Assembly: GCA_021432655.1 (NCBI GenBank)
Contig: MU271349.1
Location: forward strand, 3,442-67,441
DNA: 64,000 nt
Direction: 5' to 3'
Source of the DNA: Atractiella rhizophila
Taxonomy: Eukaryota
Shown: positions 23,950 to 35,859 of the stretch, piece by piece
Numbering within the stretch: the stretch's first letter is position 1
Layout: each line of letters begins with the position of its first letter
Translations under genes and position numbers: made by a program
The notes under the pieces: model-generated
Database searches by the model: none
Told to the model about the DNA's origin: nothing
What the model saw: only the letters and a program-made list of their open reading frames with translations

Positions 23950-25063
23950 CTAGTTGTGCTGCCCAGATTGTCCTTCGGCCCACTTTCTCGCCCAACTAGT
24001 CACCAGATCATCTCCAATCCTGATTTCCAGCGAAAGCTCGTCCAAGGTCGGTCCTTTGATGAGGGCAAGCTTCCACTTCCTATCCTTTTCATGAGAACGA
24101 GAAGAAGAAGTCTGAATTGGTAAACGAGGACGAGATTGTGCTCCTACCTGAACTTTGGAAGGAACTGCAAGATGACGTGGCTATGGAGGAAGAGCGGAAG
24201 GAATCGATAAAGCCGCCATGGCTAAGGCAGGAGGGAAGCCTGCAGATGGAAGAAAGTGCAGCTTTTGCTATCTATCCTGGTAAATTGCGGATAGTCGGTT
24301 TGACTTTCCCAAGGAAGGGCAACAGTAGTGTGTCAAGGAAGAGGAACCGAAACCGCTGATAAAGGAAGAAGACGAGCCGCTCATTGTCAAAGAGTAGAAT
24401 GCGGATTATATTTTCGAGGAAGAGCAAAAGCCGATTGTGGTCGAGGACGGAGATATGCTCAAGGAAGAGGACTCACTGCTGTTTACTTACAGCAAAAGCC
24501 ATCTTTGAAAGAGGAGCGGGACTGGATGGGTCGGTCTTACCAGGTCTTACCGCTGCCAAAATTCTGCGCCAGTGGTTGCAACGACAGCGAAACGCACCAG
24601 CTGCCATCAACTCCGAAGGCCTTATGGTTCTTTCACATTTCGATCCAAACGTCCTAGAAATTTACAACATAAGCTTGAGGTCAACTTCCATGATATGGGA
24701 GATATTGTTCTCGTTAGAATCATGGACCTAAGCTGGAATCTCTTTCTTCCCGACAGCTTCATCGGAACCCCATCCCTTACCCCTTTTTCAGTTTTACTAG
24801 CAGCGGACATCATGTACGATCTGGATCAAGTTCCCGCCGTTTATCACACCGTTCTTCGACTACTTTCTAAGCCTGATGGGATCTTTCATCTCGTCATCCC
24901 ACTGAGGGAGACGCACACTGGGGAAATCGCCAGCATCGAGGAGTCATTTGGCAAAGGAAGGGACGGGCTGAAGATTCTGAGAAAAGAGGAGCTTTGGGGC
25001 GATGACGAGTTTGGAGATGGAGAGGAAAAGCGTCACAGATATTTCCAGATTGGTTGGGCATGA
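23950..25063 (+). pseudogene. Chimeric pseudogene: 5' part of the acidic hypothetical gene fused to the 3' half of the methyltransferase
   Basis: ~24090-24516 aligns to ~31040-31469; from ~24515 it aligns to 18012-18551. Carries a 10-bp duplication (ggtcttacca ggtcttaccg) and a 1-nt deletion near 24660. Confidence 0.8.
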
Positions 25064-25121
25064 TGGTATATACATGTGTGCTTATGATCAGTCACTGTCG
25101 AATCAATTCAGGCTTCCCACT

Positions 25122-27539
25122 TCATGTTATCGGCAAAATCGTAGCAGGCCCTCTCTTTTCTACACCCTTCGATAATCTACTGTCTCAACAAGGAAGAAGT
25201 TGAATGAAAAACACGCACATTTTCTTGCCAGATGAGGAACGCTTCCAGCTCTGACGAGCCAAATTTGATGCCTATCTCAAAATTTACTTCGTAATACCAC
25301 TTTTGTTCCGTGCCCTGCTTCAATGTAAGATACGATCTCAAGGCTGACAGATCTGCATGGATAGTTGCGACTGGTCTGAACTCGCCAGAAATGTGTCCTG
25401 AACTCCCTTTTCAGAATACAAAGGGCAGTATTGTTGATGCTTGCCATTCAAATCATGCGCCCATTCGGGTGAACTTGGAGCATCGCAACAGTACAAAGTC
25501 GAGCTGAATCCATCTAGGCGGTTTGAGTCCCTTCCTACGCATTGTTGATACCGATTTTTCACCACCTCGTCAATAGCGAATAATCGATTCTAAACCCATC
25601 GCTTATCGGGAAATGTTCAAGTTTGAATGAGATAACTCCCCTTGGACGCAATGAGGCTCCAATATCCATTGATAACTTGCACTCCTTTGTAGGGATGAGA
25701 ATACTGGGAACACATGTTAACCAATATGCCAAAGTCTGAAAACTGTGCAGCTACACTAAGGTGTTCCCGAGTTCTGTGTGAAAGCTTGGTCTCGTCGTAT
25801 GGCTGGTAAATAGTAATACCGAAGTTGGAGCTGGATGTTCGATGAGATACGAGATATTTGGACGAAAAAAGAGATAGGCCCTCGGCAACTGCCTTCTTCC
25901 TATGATATTCTTGTTAGTTTCAGTAAGACGGTCCTGACGAGTGGTGCGGCATACGCGGGTTCGTCCACTGCGATAACTTGTATTCCTGTTCTCTCAAAAG
26001 ACTCCCTGATCTTTCGACGGAGATATACCGATTCACCAAAGCCTGGGAGCCGTGTCAAATTGGCACAAAGTAACGATCGAAGTGCACCTCCTACCAAAAG
26101 AATACACTGACGCCCATGATTAAACCTCTATGTAAAACGCCCGGGCGAAAGGCTTACCTTTGAATGGCCATTTGATCTATGCACTTGTGACTGGAGGCTG
26201 CGGATGATTATGTCTATGCATCCTTTGAACGCTTCCTGCAGCAATTCCCTTATGAAACAAATCGGATGCATGAGCTGATGAGCGGATGTCAACGACGAGA
26301 AACACACCCGTCGACAGTTAACCTGCCCCGTCGAATGCCAAAATCCTGATCATTATCTCGTTGCCCCCCAAAAGAAATGAATTCCACCTGATCGCGTTCG
26401 TGCCCGCAAAATAGGGGTTTAGTGTGTTGCTCGAAGTATGCCATCATCAAGGCAATGTCTTCGTCTGAACTGAACCTAGAACCGACAAGCTTCGCCCTCA
26501 AAAGTTCTTCCATAGCCTTGTTGACGAAGATACTACCAGTGAGCGTACAATCAGGCGCCGTAGACTCCTCGAGACGTAGGCGTGGCGCTACCTCCTTGAC
26601 TGAGTAGGTTGCAATATCTACTGTGGAACCACCGGCATCGCCTGGAAGATTCGCTGAGCCGTTTCCATGACGCGAACAGCGAACTCACAGACTGTAAATG
26701 ATATCCCAGGCTGTGACAACTTCAGTCAGTAGGACTCAAAAATGGAATGCAGGTAGTACCTTTAGCCAAGCTTGAGACTCTGTGTGCTTCAGAACAAAGT
26801 GCAAGCTGGCTTCTGCTTCAGTGCAGAATGAAACTCGCTTGTGTGAATCTGCGAATGTGATGGAAAGAGTGTGTGCCTTCAACACAGCGTCTCTCAGGAA
26901 GGCTTGTTCCCTGATTCCCCAACCATTCGGATGCGCGATGACGAGATCTGCAGACGGAGAAAGTGTTTCCCAAACTGAATGGCCGTTGTGTGTTGTTTCC
27001 AAAAAGTAGGATTTTGTGCTATCGATGAGGTAGCATACAAAGTCAGAGTAAATGGCGCTTAGTTTAACATTTGGTAAAGGTGGGATTTCAAAACTAGCTG
27101 GAGTTGGGACCATATAATTACTCGATCTCCCCCCGGTATGCTTCCGAAGGTTGAACACGGTTTTGAGGGGTGAACCTGGAGTCAAAAGCTGCTTCTGAGG
27201 ATGGAGATGCAGTTTGAATAGCTGAACATAGTTCCAATTCTGCTCTACATGACCTTTAGCAACTGCAGAGTGCCTCAGCTACAGCAACAAACCTTCAGCT
27301 TTCGCGGTGACATGTTCCGCTTGAGCTTCTGCGCCAACAGCTCGCAAAGTGCCGTTTTTATCGTACCATGCGACGGAAGGGAACTTTGAAGCCGTCGTCC
27401 CCTTAAATTTTTGTACGACTTGATTGCGAGGGGCTTGCTTCGGCAGAAGGTGTGCAAAAGAAGCACCGCAATAGGTGGTGCCAATATCGAGACAGATGAT
27501 AAGCTTTTCCTCGCCGTTATAAATCAAATCAGACACCAT
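25122..27539 (-). CDS. Atypical Hsp70 (HSPA12-type), copy B, multi-exon
   Basis: Same motifs and matching intron positions as copy A; MVSDLIYNGEEKLIICLDIGTTYCG...GVEKRGPATILPIT*. Confidence 0.88.
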
Positions 27540-27931
27540 CGTAGCAAGAAAATCGGGACTCTTACCGGGACGCGAGCCTTTTAAGCTTGACGGATCTGAG
27601 CGCGACCAACCCGAACAACGCAAATCACATCCCGAACGACCAACTCGACACGACGCGAGCACCGCAGTCGACGCGAGCGGTATCCAATAAAGCTGGCATA
27701 AAAAATCGTAAGAAAAGTGTAGGCATCCCTTATTTTCACCTGTGTGACTTCATGTTGAAAGGGCTCCCAAAAAGTTTTGCTGATGCTGTAGGGCGTCCTC
27801 CGCGGTGTACCAGAGTGTAAGTAGCATGAACGCTTGGATGCCAGTTTTTGATAGAAAGACAAAGGTCAACAACAGAATCAGTTGCTATGTTAGGCGTGTA
27901 AGCAGCTCAGAGTCTGTGTGATATCATTTTG

Positions 27932-29362
27932 ATGGAAAGTCAAAGTCGAAGAAGAGAATCAGCAATGGCAAACACCAATGATAGCGCCAATGAAAAGCCT
28001 TGCCGTAGCGCTTTGTTGGCGTGCGACGAGGACGGCAACGCAGATCAACAACACGGCAACGAAATGAAGACAAATAAAGAAGCTCAAGTGGTTCAGAACA
28101 CGGAAGCTGCCGTCAGGAGAATTTGCTCTGAACTCGCACACCTTGATGACTCGGAATCTGTCAAGTCGGTGGAAGATGACGGTGACGGTGACAGCACCAT
28201 CACCTTGTCTGTTAAATCTATGTTTTTTCACTTTGGACGAGTCGGGAACGAAAACGAAGCACTCAGGAAAAGAAACAAAGATCTCGAAGTCCAACTACAC
28301 GCGATAAAGTGTCAGCAACAAGAGTTTCGGATGCTGGTCGACGACCTTCAGCTTCACCTTCAGAGCTCAAGACAGCGATATGAAGATCTACAGAGGGATT
28401 TCTCTGCCATACGCAGTTTTGGTACTTTTGCCGAAACGGCGGATGCAAGTACTCTGGCTAGTTGTGTGGAGTGCTTAAATCGAACAATGGAGGACATTGT
28501 AGGTCGTTTGGTAGACGACATTCCTTCCACGATACAAAATACTCCGTTACCGACCATGTGGGAGAGGTTGACTCGAGTCCTGGCGGCTGACGAACGCCAG
28601 ATGAGACTTTTATCTGTCTTTCAGGAGCGAAATGCACCGTGCGAAGTTCTTTTCGAACTTGGTCTCAGAATTATCCTGGTCACGGCAATTTGGGCAAATA
28701 TTTTTCGACCCTTTAAAGCAGGAATTAGCCTGGATCGCCTGGTGGAGCTCGAGATCATCCACACTGAAATACGGAAGGCAGGTCTGCGATCCATTTCATT
28801 TCCAAATCAAATTCAATCTAATGATGTTATAGTCTTGCAACCGTACTCTTCAAGATGGAGATCCTTAACTTACAATCATCTGCGAAGCGAGCAGACTGAA
28901 AGAGACCTGGTGCAATGCCTTGCCAACGCTTGTCACGATGCTGTGGTTCAATTTTTCCATTCCTGTTTCCTCTCGGGCATGCACGACTTTCATGGGAGGG
29001 AAACCGCAAACAGTATTCTCGCTTCATATAACCTCGCGGTCATGAAAAGCAAAGGAAGAATGGAGAGTCTAATCCGAAGTGCGTTGAACATCAAACATCA
29101 GATCCAAACGGCCTATTTCAGCGAAGACTTTGAGGTGTGCTATGATCCCGCTCCAACCGAGTTCGATGGGAGGCGTATGACTTCCACCAGGAGATCCCGT
29201 AGCAAACACCATCCACAACACGATCCACAAGCAAAGGTTGTAGCCGTTCTTGGCTTTGGCCTAGTTTCCTCCCATGCCGTGGAGGTCAACCAGAAGATTG
29301 AAAGAAGTCCAGCACATGTTCATCTGAAATATCCAGTTCTCCTCTATGAAGGCACTGACTGA
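27932..29362 (+). CDS. Coiled-coil protein with putative GrpE-head-like C-terminal domain, copy B (probable intron 28782-28832)
   Basis: Paralog of 21377-22753: RWRSLTY, FDGRRM...VVAVLGFGL...VHLKYPVLL. Confidence 0.75.
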   Translation: MESQSRRRESAMANTNDSANEKPCRSALLACDEDGNADQQHGNEMKTNKEAQVVQNTEAAVRRICSELAHLDDSESVKSVEDDGDGDSTITLSVKSMFFHFGRVGNENEALRKRNKDLEVQLHAIKCQQQEFRMLVDDLQLHLQSSRQRYEDLQRDFSAIRSFGTFAETADASTLASCVECLNRTMEDIVGRLVDDIPSTIQNTPLPTMWERLTRVLAADERQMRLLSVFQERNAPCEVLFELGLRIILVTAIWANIFRPFKAGISLDRLVELEIIHTEIRKAGLRSISFPNQIQSNDVIVLQPYSSRWRSLTYNHLRSEQTERDLVQCLANACHDAVVQFFHSCFLSGMHDFHGRETANSILASYNLAVMKSKGRMESLIRSALNIKHQIQTAYFSEDFEVCYDPAPTEFDGRRMTSTRRSRSKHHPQHDPQAKVVAVLGFGLVSSHAVEVNQKIERSPAHVHLKYPVLLYEGTD

Positions 29363-30594
29363 TTTTCTTTCATCAGTTCAAATGATTTGATGTTAGCCTA
29401 GCAATGACACTTAGTATGTTCAGCTGTTGTAATAACAACCTTTGACTTTGTGAAGTACTTGTGTCAACCCAATTTCGGAGTCGTACTGATACCCCCAAAT
29501 AGGAGAAAATACTTTGGTGGAGAGGATGCATGTGGCGCAGGCTTCAGCACCTTTAGCGTTGTAATGTGACTGCTGGACTCTCCCTAGTCATATGCAAGAG
29601 CCCAACTTCTCATTTTTACGTGTGCATGCATTGCAAGAAAATGCGAAGCGTCTCATCTTCATATACCAGTCACGCCTAAAGAAGTGAGCGCATAGAAAGA
29701 AGTACACCAGTAAGACTCTCTCCCTGGAAAGACATGTCTCTTTCATCTCTCGCTTCGCTGACATACGTGATCGATGCGAGGGCCGAACCACAACATGCAG
29801 TTTCAGTTTAGCCACTTCATTTAACTCTCTATGCAAACAAGAAGTTGTTTGAAGAAGTATGGCCGCATGTGCCGAACGTTGTAAACCAAACTGACACATG
29901 GTGGTTGTCGCCAACCATCACATGGACAGAGAACATCAGATACGCTGATTCGTAAAAATGATGGGACAAGTTTTCCCCCCAACTGAGCTTCATTCAGCAC
30001 ACGCCTTTTCTGCACTTAAAACGATCCAGTCTTCCCATCGCTGGTTTGTTGACAGTTGTGAGACTGGCGAGCGTACCTGTTCCACATGACTCTGGACATT
30101 CCGCCTTCCTCGTTCTCTGAATTGCATGCAACGTCTAGATTCCTAACATCGATACTTGAAGCGCCGAATGTTCTGCCAGAACGTGGAGGTCAAAATATGT
30201 CGAATTGAAGATGCTGTCATGTTGGGATCGTTTGTGACGCGAGAGGAGATACAAAAATCGCGCGACAATGATGATGGAGAGGTGCCCCCAAGAAATCGAA
30301 GACCAGGTGGCATCTAAGGTGATGCCTTTGGTGTGGGAGAGGTCACGAGCAGAAAGTAGGTCCAGTCCTAATCGACAAACTACTGTAATGTTAGAGATCA
30401 TGGTCTGTGGAGAGGAGGATGGTGTTTGGACATCGCGTCATCTTTGGTGCTGAAAACAACGCCACGTACAAACCGTGACCGACGCAATCAACGCCAGGTC
30501 AACAATGCTTCCTTGATGGCTTTGGTCCTTATCGAGTACTAATCCATCCGGTTGTATTACCAAGCTCTTCACGCCATCTCCAGAGCGTCGCGAA

Positions 30595-31681
30595 ATGGAT
30601 TTTGAAACTCTGGTGAGAGAGGGTGAACGCTTAGAAGCTCTGGGAGGATGTGATGACTTTATGCTGGACTTTATGAAGCCAGAAAGTGGTGAGACTCCGA
30701 ACACTTTTGTATGGGACGAGGAGAACGAGGAGAAGAAGTCTGAATTGGTGAAAGCGGACGATATTGTGCTCCTACCTGAACTTCCGAGGGAGCTGCAAGA
30801 TGATGTGGCTATGGAGGAGGAGGAAGAGCAGAGGGAAGCGATAAAGCCGTGGCTGAAGCAAGAAGAAGGCATGCAGGTGGGAGAAAGTGCATCTTTTGCT
30901 ATCTATTCTCGTAAATCTCCGGATAGAAGCTCTGGTGAGAGAGGGTGAACGCTTAGAAGCTCTGGGAGGATGTGATGACTTTATGCTGGACTTTATGAAG
31001 CCAGAAAGTGGTGAGACTCTGAACACTTTTGTATGGGACGAGGAGAACGAGGAGGAGAAGTCTGAATTGGTGAAAGCGGACGAGATTGTGCTCCTACCTG
31101 ACCTTCCGAGGGAGCTGCAAGATGATGTGGCTATGGAGGAGGAGGAAGAGCAGAAGGAAGCGATAAAGCCATGGCTGAAGCAAGAAGAAGGCATGCAGAT
31201 GGGAGAAAGTGCATTTGCTATCTATCCTCGCAAATCTGCGGATGGTCAGTTTGACTCTCCACAGGAAATGCACCAATTGTCTGTCCAGGAAGAGGACTCG
31301 AAACCGCTGGTAAAGAAAGAAGAGGAGCTGTACCTAGTCAAGGAGGAAGAGCCGGATTATATTTTCGAGGATGAGCAAAAGCCGATTGTGGCCAAGGAAG
31401 AAGAAACTTTCAACGAAGAGGACTCGCCACTGTTTACGTACGAGCAGAAGCCATCTTTGAAAGAGGAGGTGAAGCGATTATCTCTTTCGAATACGCCCGT
31501 TTTGGCCTCAGTCAACAGTACAACTTTCCCACCAGCGGAATGCAGCTCTGCACCTCGTCTGCACCGCACGCCGCCTGTACCCTCAACTTCAGGAGAGCCA
31601 GTTCTTTGCTCTTCTCCTAAAACTAAAGACGAGGATCAGTTTGTCTTTCACACGGTTTGCCTAACTACTTCTTCCACGTGA
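30595..31681 (+). CDS. Acidic Glu/Lys-rich hypothetical protein, disrupted by an internal out-of-frame duplication; probably continues in further exons to ~33200
   Basis: Two overlapping ORFs with duplicated peptide, repeated VKEE/LKQE/KPEP motifs; downstream GT-AG bounded open segments 31694-33200. Confidence 0.45.
30608..31250. repeat. 322-bp direct tandem duplication (copies start at 30608 and 30930)
   Basis: ctctggtgagagagggtgaacgc... recurs at offset 322 with few substitutions. Confidence 0.95.
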
Positions 31682-33585
31682 GAAATTGCTCAATTGAAGA
31701 AGGTGAAACCGGAACCCGTCGAATTGCTAGACGAACTACAACCTTCAGGTTCGGTGCATCCTTCACTTCCCAGTCACGAGCAAGGCAACGGCTGGGAGAA
31801 AGAGCATATCACGGTGGATAGCTCCCTTCACTCGAGAGAACACTTAAAACATGAGCCTTTAGATTGTATGTTCGCTTGTTTGTCTCACACTTCCACCTCA
31901 GCAACCTCTCTCCAGACCTGCCCTTCTCTAACATACTTACACCTGATCCTATGAACTCGCCGACTTCTCCTTCTACTTTGACCTCAGACTGGCCAGAGCG
32001 TGTATGGCCTCAACCCTAACTCAAGCATAATCGCTTATATCTTATTTAGAATCCTCCTTATCACTCTGGCTTAGGTGGTAAAGGTACTGGCCGGTCGACA
32101 TTAAGCCGGAGAGGTGCGAGCCCGCCGTCGCATAGAGATCAGCAAGTGAGTTCATCCGCATGTTGAGTCTGCTTGAAACCTGATGCCACAACAGCATACT
32201 CCGGATACGTATGAGATGAATACCAAAGAAACTTTATACCAGCGGCCGTTGTCCCCGCCTAGAGCTTATCACGATAGAAGTAGAACAAGGGACAGCCAAG
32301 ACTCACAACGACCGGTTTGTCGCGTTCTGCATTTTGTTCTGTTATAAACAATCTCCAGAGGCAGAGGAAAAGCGATTACATGGGAAATGACAGTAACTCT
32401 GAGCGACGGCGGTACATACCGGTTTGCCATTCTCCGTTTCTTGACTTCGCAATTAGTGAACTTGTACTTAGGAGTACCGCGGCCATCACAATCGCGAACG
32501 AAGTCCACCACGGCGCGGATACGAAAGTTGGGAGCGGCGGAACACCCATAGGACGTTGAATCACGGAGCAGATGAGCGAAACACTTCTCTTGAAACTCGC
32601 TCAGGCAGGTGGAATCGGTGCGCTGCTAGTCAGAGAGTTAAACGATTACTAACTAGATGCGTAGGGAGATCATGTGTGCGAGATGTCATCGGTGGAAACA
32701 GAGATCCGAGTTCTCAACAAACCAGTTAGATAAGTTGAGACACAAAATCGAGCCTTCATTATCCTGCCGCAAGTGTACAGAGGAGGAGAGAAAGCATAAC
32801 GAAGTCAGACAATGGTATTCATTCTTCTTTAACTAGAAGCACTCCTGATGATCACGATTAGCTCCGTGTGTGAACAAGAACTTTCCGTTCATAACTTTGC
32901 TGGAAATAATGTATGCTTCCCGTCACTCCGATCCATCGTTTTGATTTTGATGATAAATTCAGAGGAACGGCTCGAGAGCGACTTGCTGGAGCTGCTTCAA
33001 GAACAAACAGAATGAACCTGATGATCCGTTCGTCTCCTTACCGTTGCTAGGCTGGAAGTATCACGCTGACCATCACGCCCAGCCGAGATGAGTGGGGTTC
33101 CGAAGATTCTACTGACGACGAGAAGCGAGAAGGAACACGGGTCAATCCAGATTCTTACTTGTGAGTATTACAGAAAAGGGCAGGAGATCTCGCGGAAACT
33201 GAATTGCTCAGAACTATATTCAATTTTCTGTATTATATTTGAATCGTAACGATTGTTTTGTTCAATATTAACGAAGTCTGCAGCTATTAACCCATAATAC
33301 AATTCTTGGAACGAGAATTAAATCAACCAACACCTGACCTTCCTACGCGTGCAACAATCAAACATTCCAAATCAGTTCCCATTTCCCTCATACCACAGTT
33401 GCTCAGGATAGCACTTCCTCTTCAGCCTTCTGAGATCCTATATCCTACACGGTTACGGCGTTACCCCCAGGATCTGGAAGTGTTTCTGTACGTGTCCTAT
33501 GGTGCACGTCCTCAAGCTGTCCGGTAGCAGACAAATCCTGTCTGGGTGCGGCGGACTCAGATTCCTGGATATCGTTCAGCACGTT

Positions 33586-35478
33586 TCATAGAAAGGAGTC
33601 TAACAAACGGCCCACCTGAGTCTGCTGCTCTTTTCGCCGTTTCTTCTCTTCAGGGCTTTCTTCATCACAGTCAAACCATTTCTCTCGTGAACGACGCGAT
33701 TTTGAATCGCCCGGTTCCTTTTCCCCTATAGGAGGTTCTCTGATCTCATATCCCGATACCTCGAGAACAAGGGAGGAGCTAGACACGACCTGCCTTAGAC
33801 TGGACTGAGCATCGATCGATTGTCCAGAAAATGGTTGGACATCTGGATCTTGTCGATATCGATAAAATTCCAGATCCATGCGATTCAAAATACTAAGCTT
33901 GGACTCGTCAATGACAGGAGGAGGAGATTTATAAACGACTAAGTGGCGAAGTTTGGGGAATGCATTGGTTTTGATCAATTCCGCAAGGTGACTAAAGTTA
34001 ACATACGTGCAATTGTCAAATCGAAGATATTCGAGTGAGGGCATAGCCGCTTTCTGTTCTTCATCCGGCTGTAGGTATAACGCTGCGAGCAGGAGATAGC
34101 GAAGATTGTTGAATTGGCTCAGATACTTCCAAAGATAAGCGGTTGAGAGGTCATTGCTCTTGCAACGGATAGTCAGTCGTTGAAGCGACTCCTTTGTAGC
34201 TTTCTGAAGATTCTTGAGATATGGGCAGTAAAAAATATCGAGATCGAGGTCCAGTTCAATCAAGGGTGGTATTTGAGGCACGAAGGCTAAGAGGCGACGG
34301 GCAGAAGCCGGTGTATTTGGGAAACAATAGAGGTACCTGAGATTAGGAAGACTGAGTCTGCGGAATTCCACGAGAGCGTTCTCGTCTTCCGAGTCCCTGA
34401 CCTCATCCAAATCCCAACCTTTCGCCTCTTTCCACTTCGACGGAGACAGGTTTTCATCCTGTGTTTCCCAACTGCGACCGAGGTCAAGAGTGACTATTGA
34501 AGGTAGACATCTGAGGAATTTTGGTATTGAGGCTGGAGAGAGTGCTCCGCGTGCTTCTGGCTTAGAAAAATGACCATCGTTGATCTCAAGGGTCTTAACT
34601 CCTTTCAAAGTTTCTAGAGCCTTGCGCATGTATCCCCAGACCCAATCGAGGGATGTGTGCAGGGTAATCTTGGCCAAGTTTGGGCACAGCAGGAGAAGTT
34701 TGATTCTCGATAGAGAAGAAGAAAGAGGAACTCCACACAAATTCTGGAAGGCAATTCTTAGATGTCGGACCGGGCTTGACGGATAAGTGCTCTGTAGGAA
34801 TCGGGAAAGATCATGTCCAGCTCCACGTATCGCACCAGGATTTTTGGAAAGGAGTTCAAGAACCTGCCACAACATGAGCATATCTGACAAAAGCATGACG
34901 TTCGAATTTCTTACTACAGGGTAGATTCTTCTCGATAGAAGCAAGAGGTTTAAGCGGGACGGCGTCCTTTTCTGTACTTCCTCACCGTCTGACTTCGAAT
35001 CTTCAGAGTCGTCCTCATAATAGTAGTAGGATCGATGCCTTCTGCGCTTTACTTTCGGGGGAGGTGGTTGTACGTCATCAATGAGAGCGATAGCTTCGGA
35101 AAATACATTGAATAAAAGCTCGTTTGGAAGCATCTCGAGTGTGGAGGGAGGAGCAGCGACTTTCTTCTTCTTCTTGCTCTTTTTAGGAGGTTTTGCCGTC
35201 GAAGTTGCTGTGGGCTGGGTCGGTTGACGCTTGAGGCCAAACGGTTTCATCGTAAAATGAACATCCGCCATCTTCTCATACAGGGTCGTAATGTCGAGGC
35301 TGGGATTCTCGCGGCGACATTCCTGCGTTGAAAACTGCACCACAGAGATGAGGACCTTTATCAAGTCCTTGTCTTGGTAGCTTCCATCGAACTCCACCAA
35401 AGGACAGTATTTCAGCACCCAGGTGAGTAAAGTAGTTTCCAACGCCCTGCGGGCTCGAACATTTTTTGGTCGAGCCAT
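33586..35478 (-). CDS. F-box-like + LRR (RNI-like) protein, copy A (one probable 51-nt in-frame intron)
   Basis: TLEMLPNELLFNVFSEA F-box-like motif; LxxLxL repeats (CPNLAKITL, LPNLRYLYC, FNNLRYLLL, MPSLEYLRF, FPKLRHLVV). Confidence 0.75.
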   Translation of the reverse strand: MARPKNVRARRALETTLLTWVLKYCPLVEFDGSYQDKDLIKVLISVVQFSTQECRRENPSLDITTLYEKMADVHFTMKPFGLKRQPTQPTATSTAKPPKKSKKKKKVAAPPSTLEMLPNELLFNVFSEAIALIDDVQPPPPKVKRRRHRSYYYYEDDSEDSKSDGEEVQKRTPSRLNLLLLSRRIYPVVRNSNVMLLSDMLMLWQVLELLSKNPGAIRGAGHDLSRFLQSTYPSSPVRHLRIAFQNLCGVPLSSSLSRIKLLLLCPNLAKITLHTSLDWVWGYMRKALETLKGVKTLEINDGHFSKPEARGALSPASIPKFLRCLPSIVTLDLGRSWETQDENLSPSKWKEAKGWDLDEVRDSEDENALVEFRRLSLPNLRYLYCFPNTPASARRLLAFVPQIPPLIELDLDLDIFYCPYLKNLQKATKESLQRLTIRCKSNDLSTAYLWKYLSQFNNLRYLLLAALYLQPDEEQKAAMPSLEYLRFDNCTYVNFSHLAELIKTNAFPKLRHLVVYKSPPPVIDESKLSILNRMDLEFYRYRQDPDVQPFSGQSIDAQSSLRQVVSSSSLVLEVSGYEIREPPIGEKEPGDSKSRRSREKWFDCDEESPEEKKRRKEQQTQVGRLLDSFL

Positions 35479-35859
35479 GATAAACGATTATGCCGTGTTT
35501 TGAACTGCCCAACGACGTGAGTTTGTTGTTGTTAATTGCTTCCCGCTATTGAGCGGATGGATACTAAGGAGAGGAAGAACTGTTGATCAACTTGCACGTC
35601 AGCTGGGAAGATGAGGAAACGGAACCGTGTGAGCAATACCAAGCCCGTTAAGGTTCGAATGCCACAACGTTATTTTACAAATCCATATATGTACATCAAC
35701 TTCACCAGTTCTCTATGCTGCCTAACAAAGCGCTTACTCTTCACTCTCTGAGATTTAGCATTAATTTTCAAGATGAAAGGCAAAGACAAGTCTAGTCCGT
35801 TTCCTCCCTGCACAGCGCCTTCAATGCTGTTCATGAGGATGGGTCTAATAGCAACACGT

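Noticed and set aside
29588..30450. Short ORFs downstream of partner copy B
   Set aside because: No recognisable domain; could be decayed sequence but unsupported.
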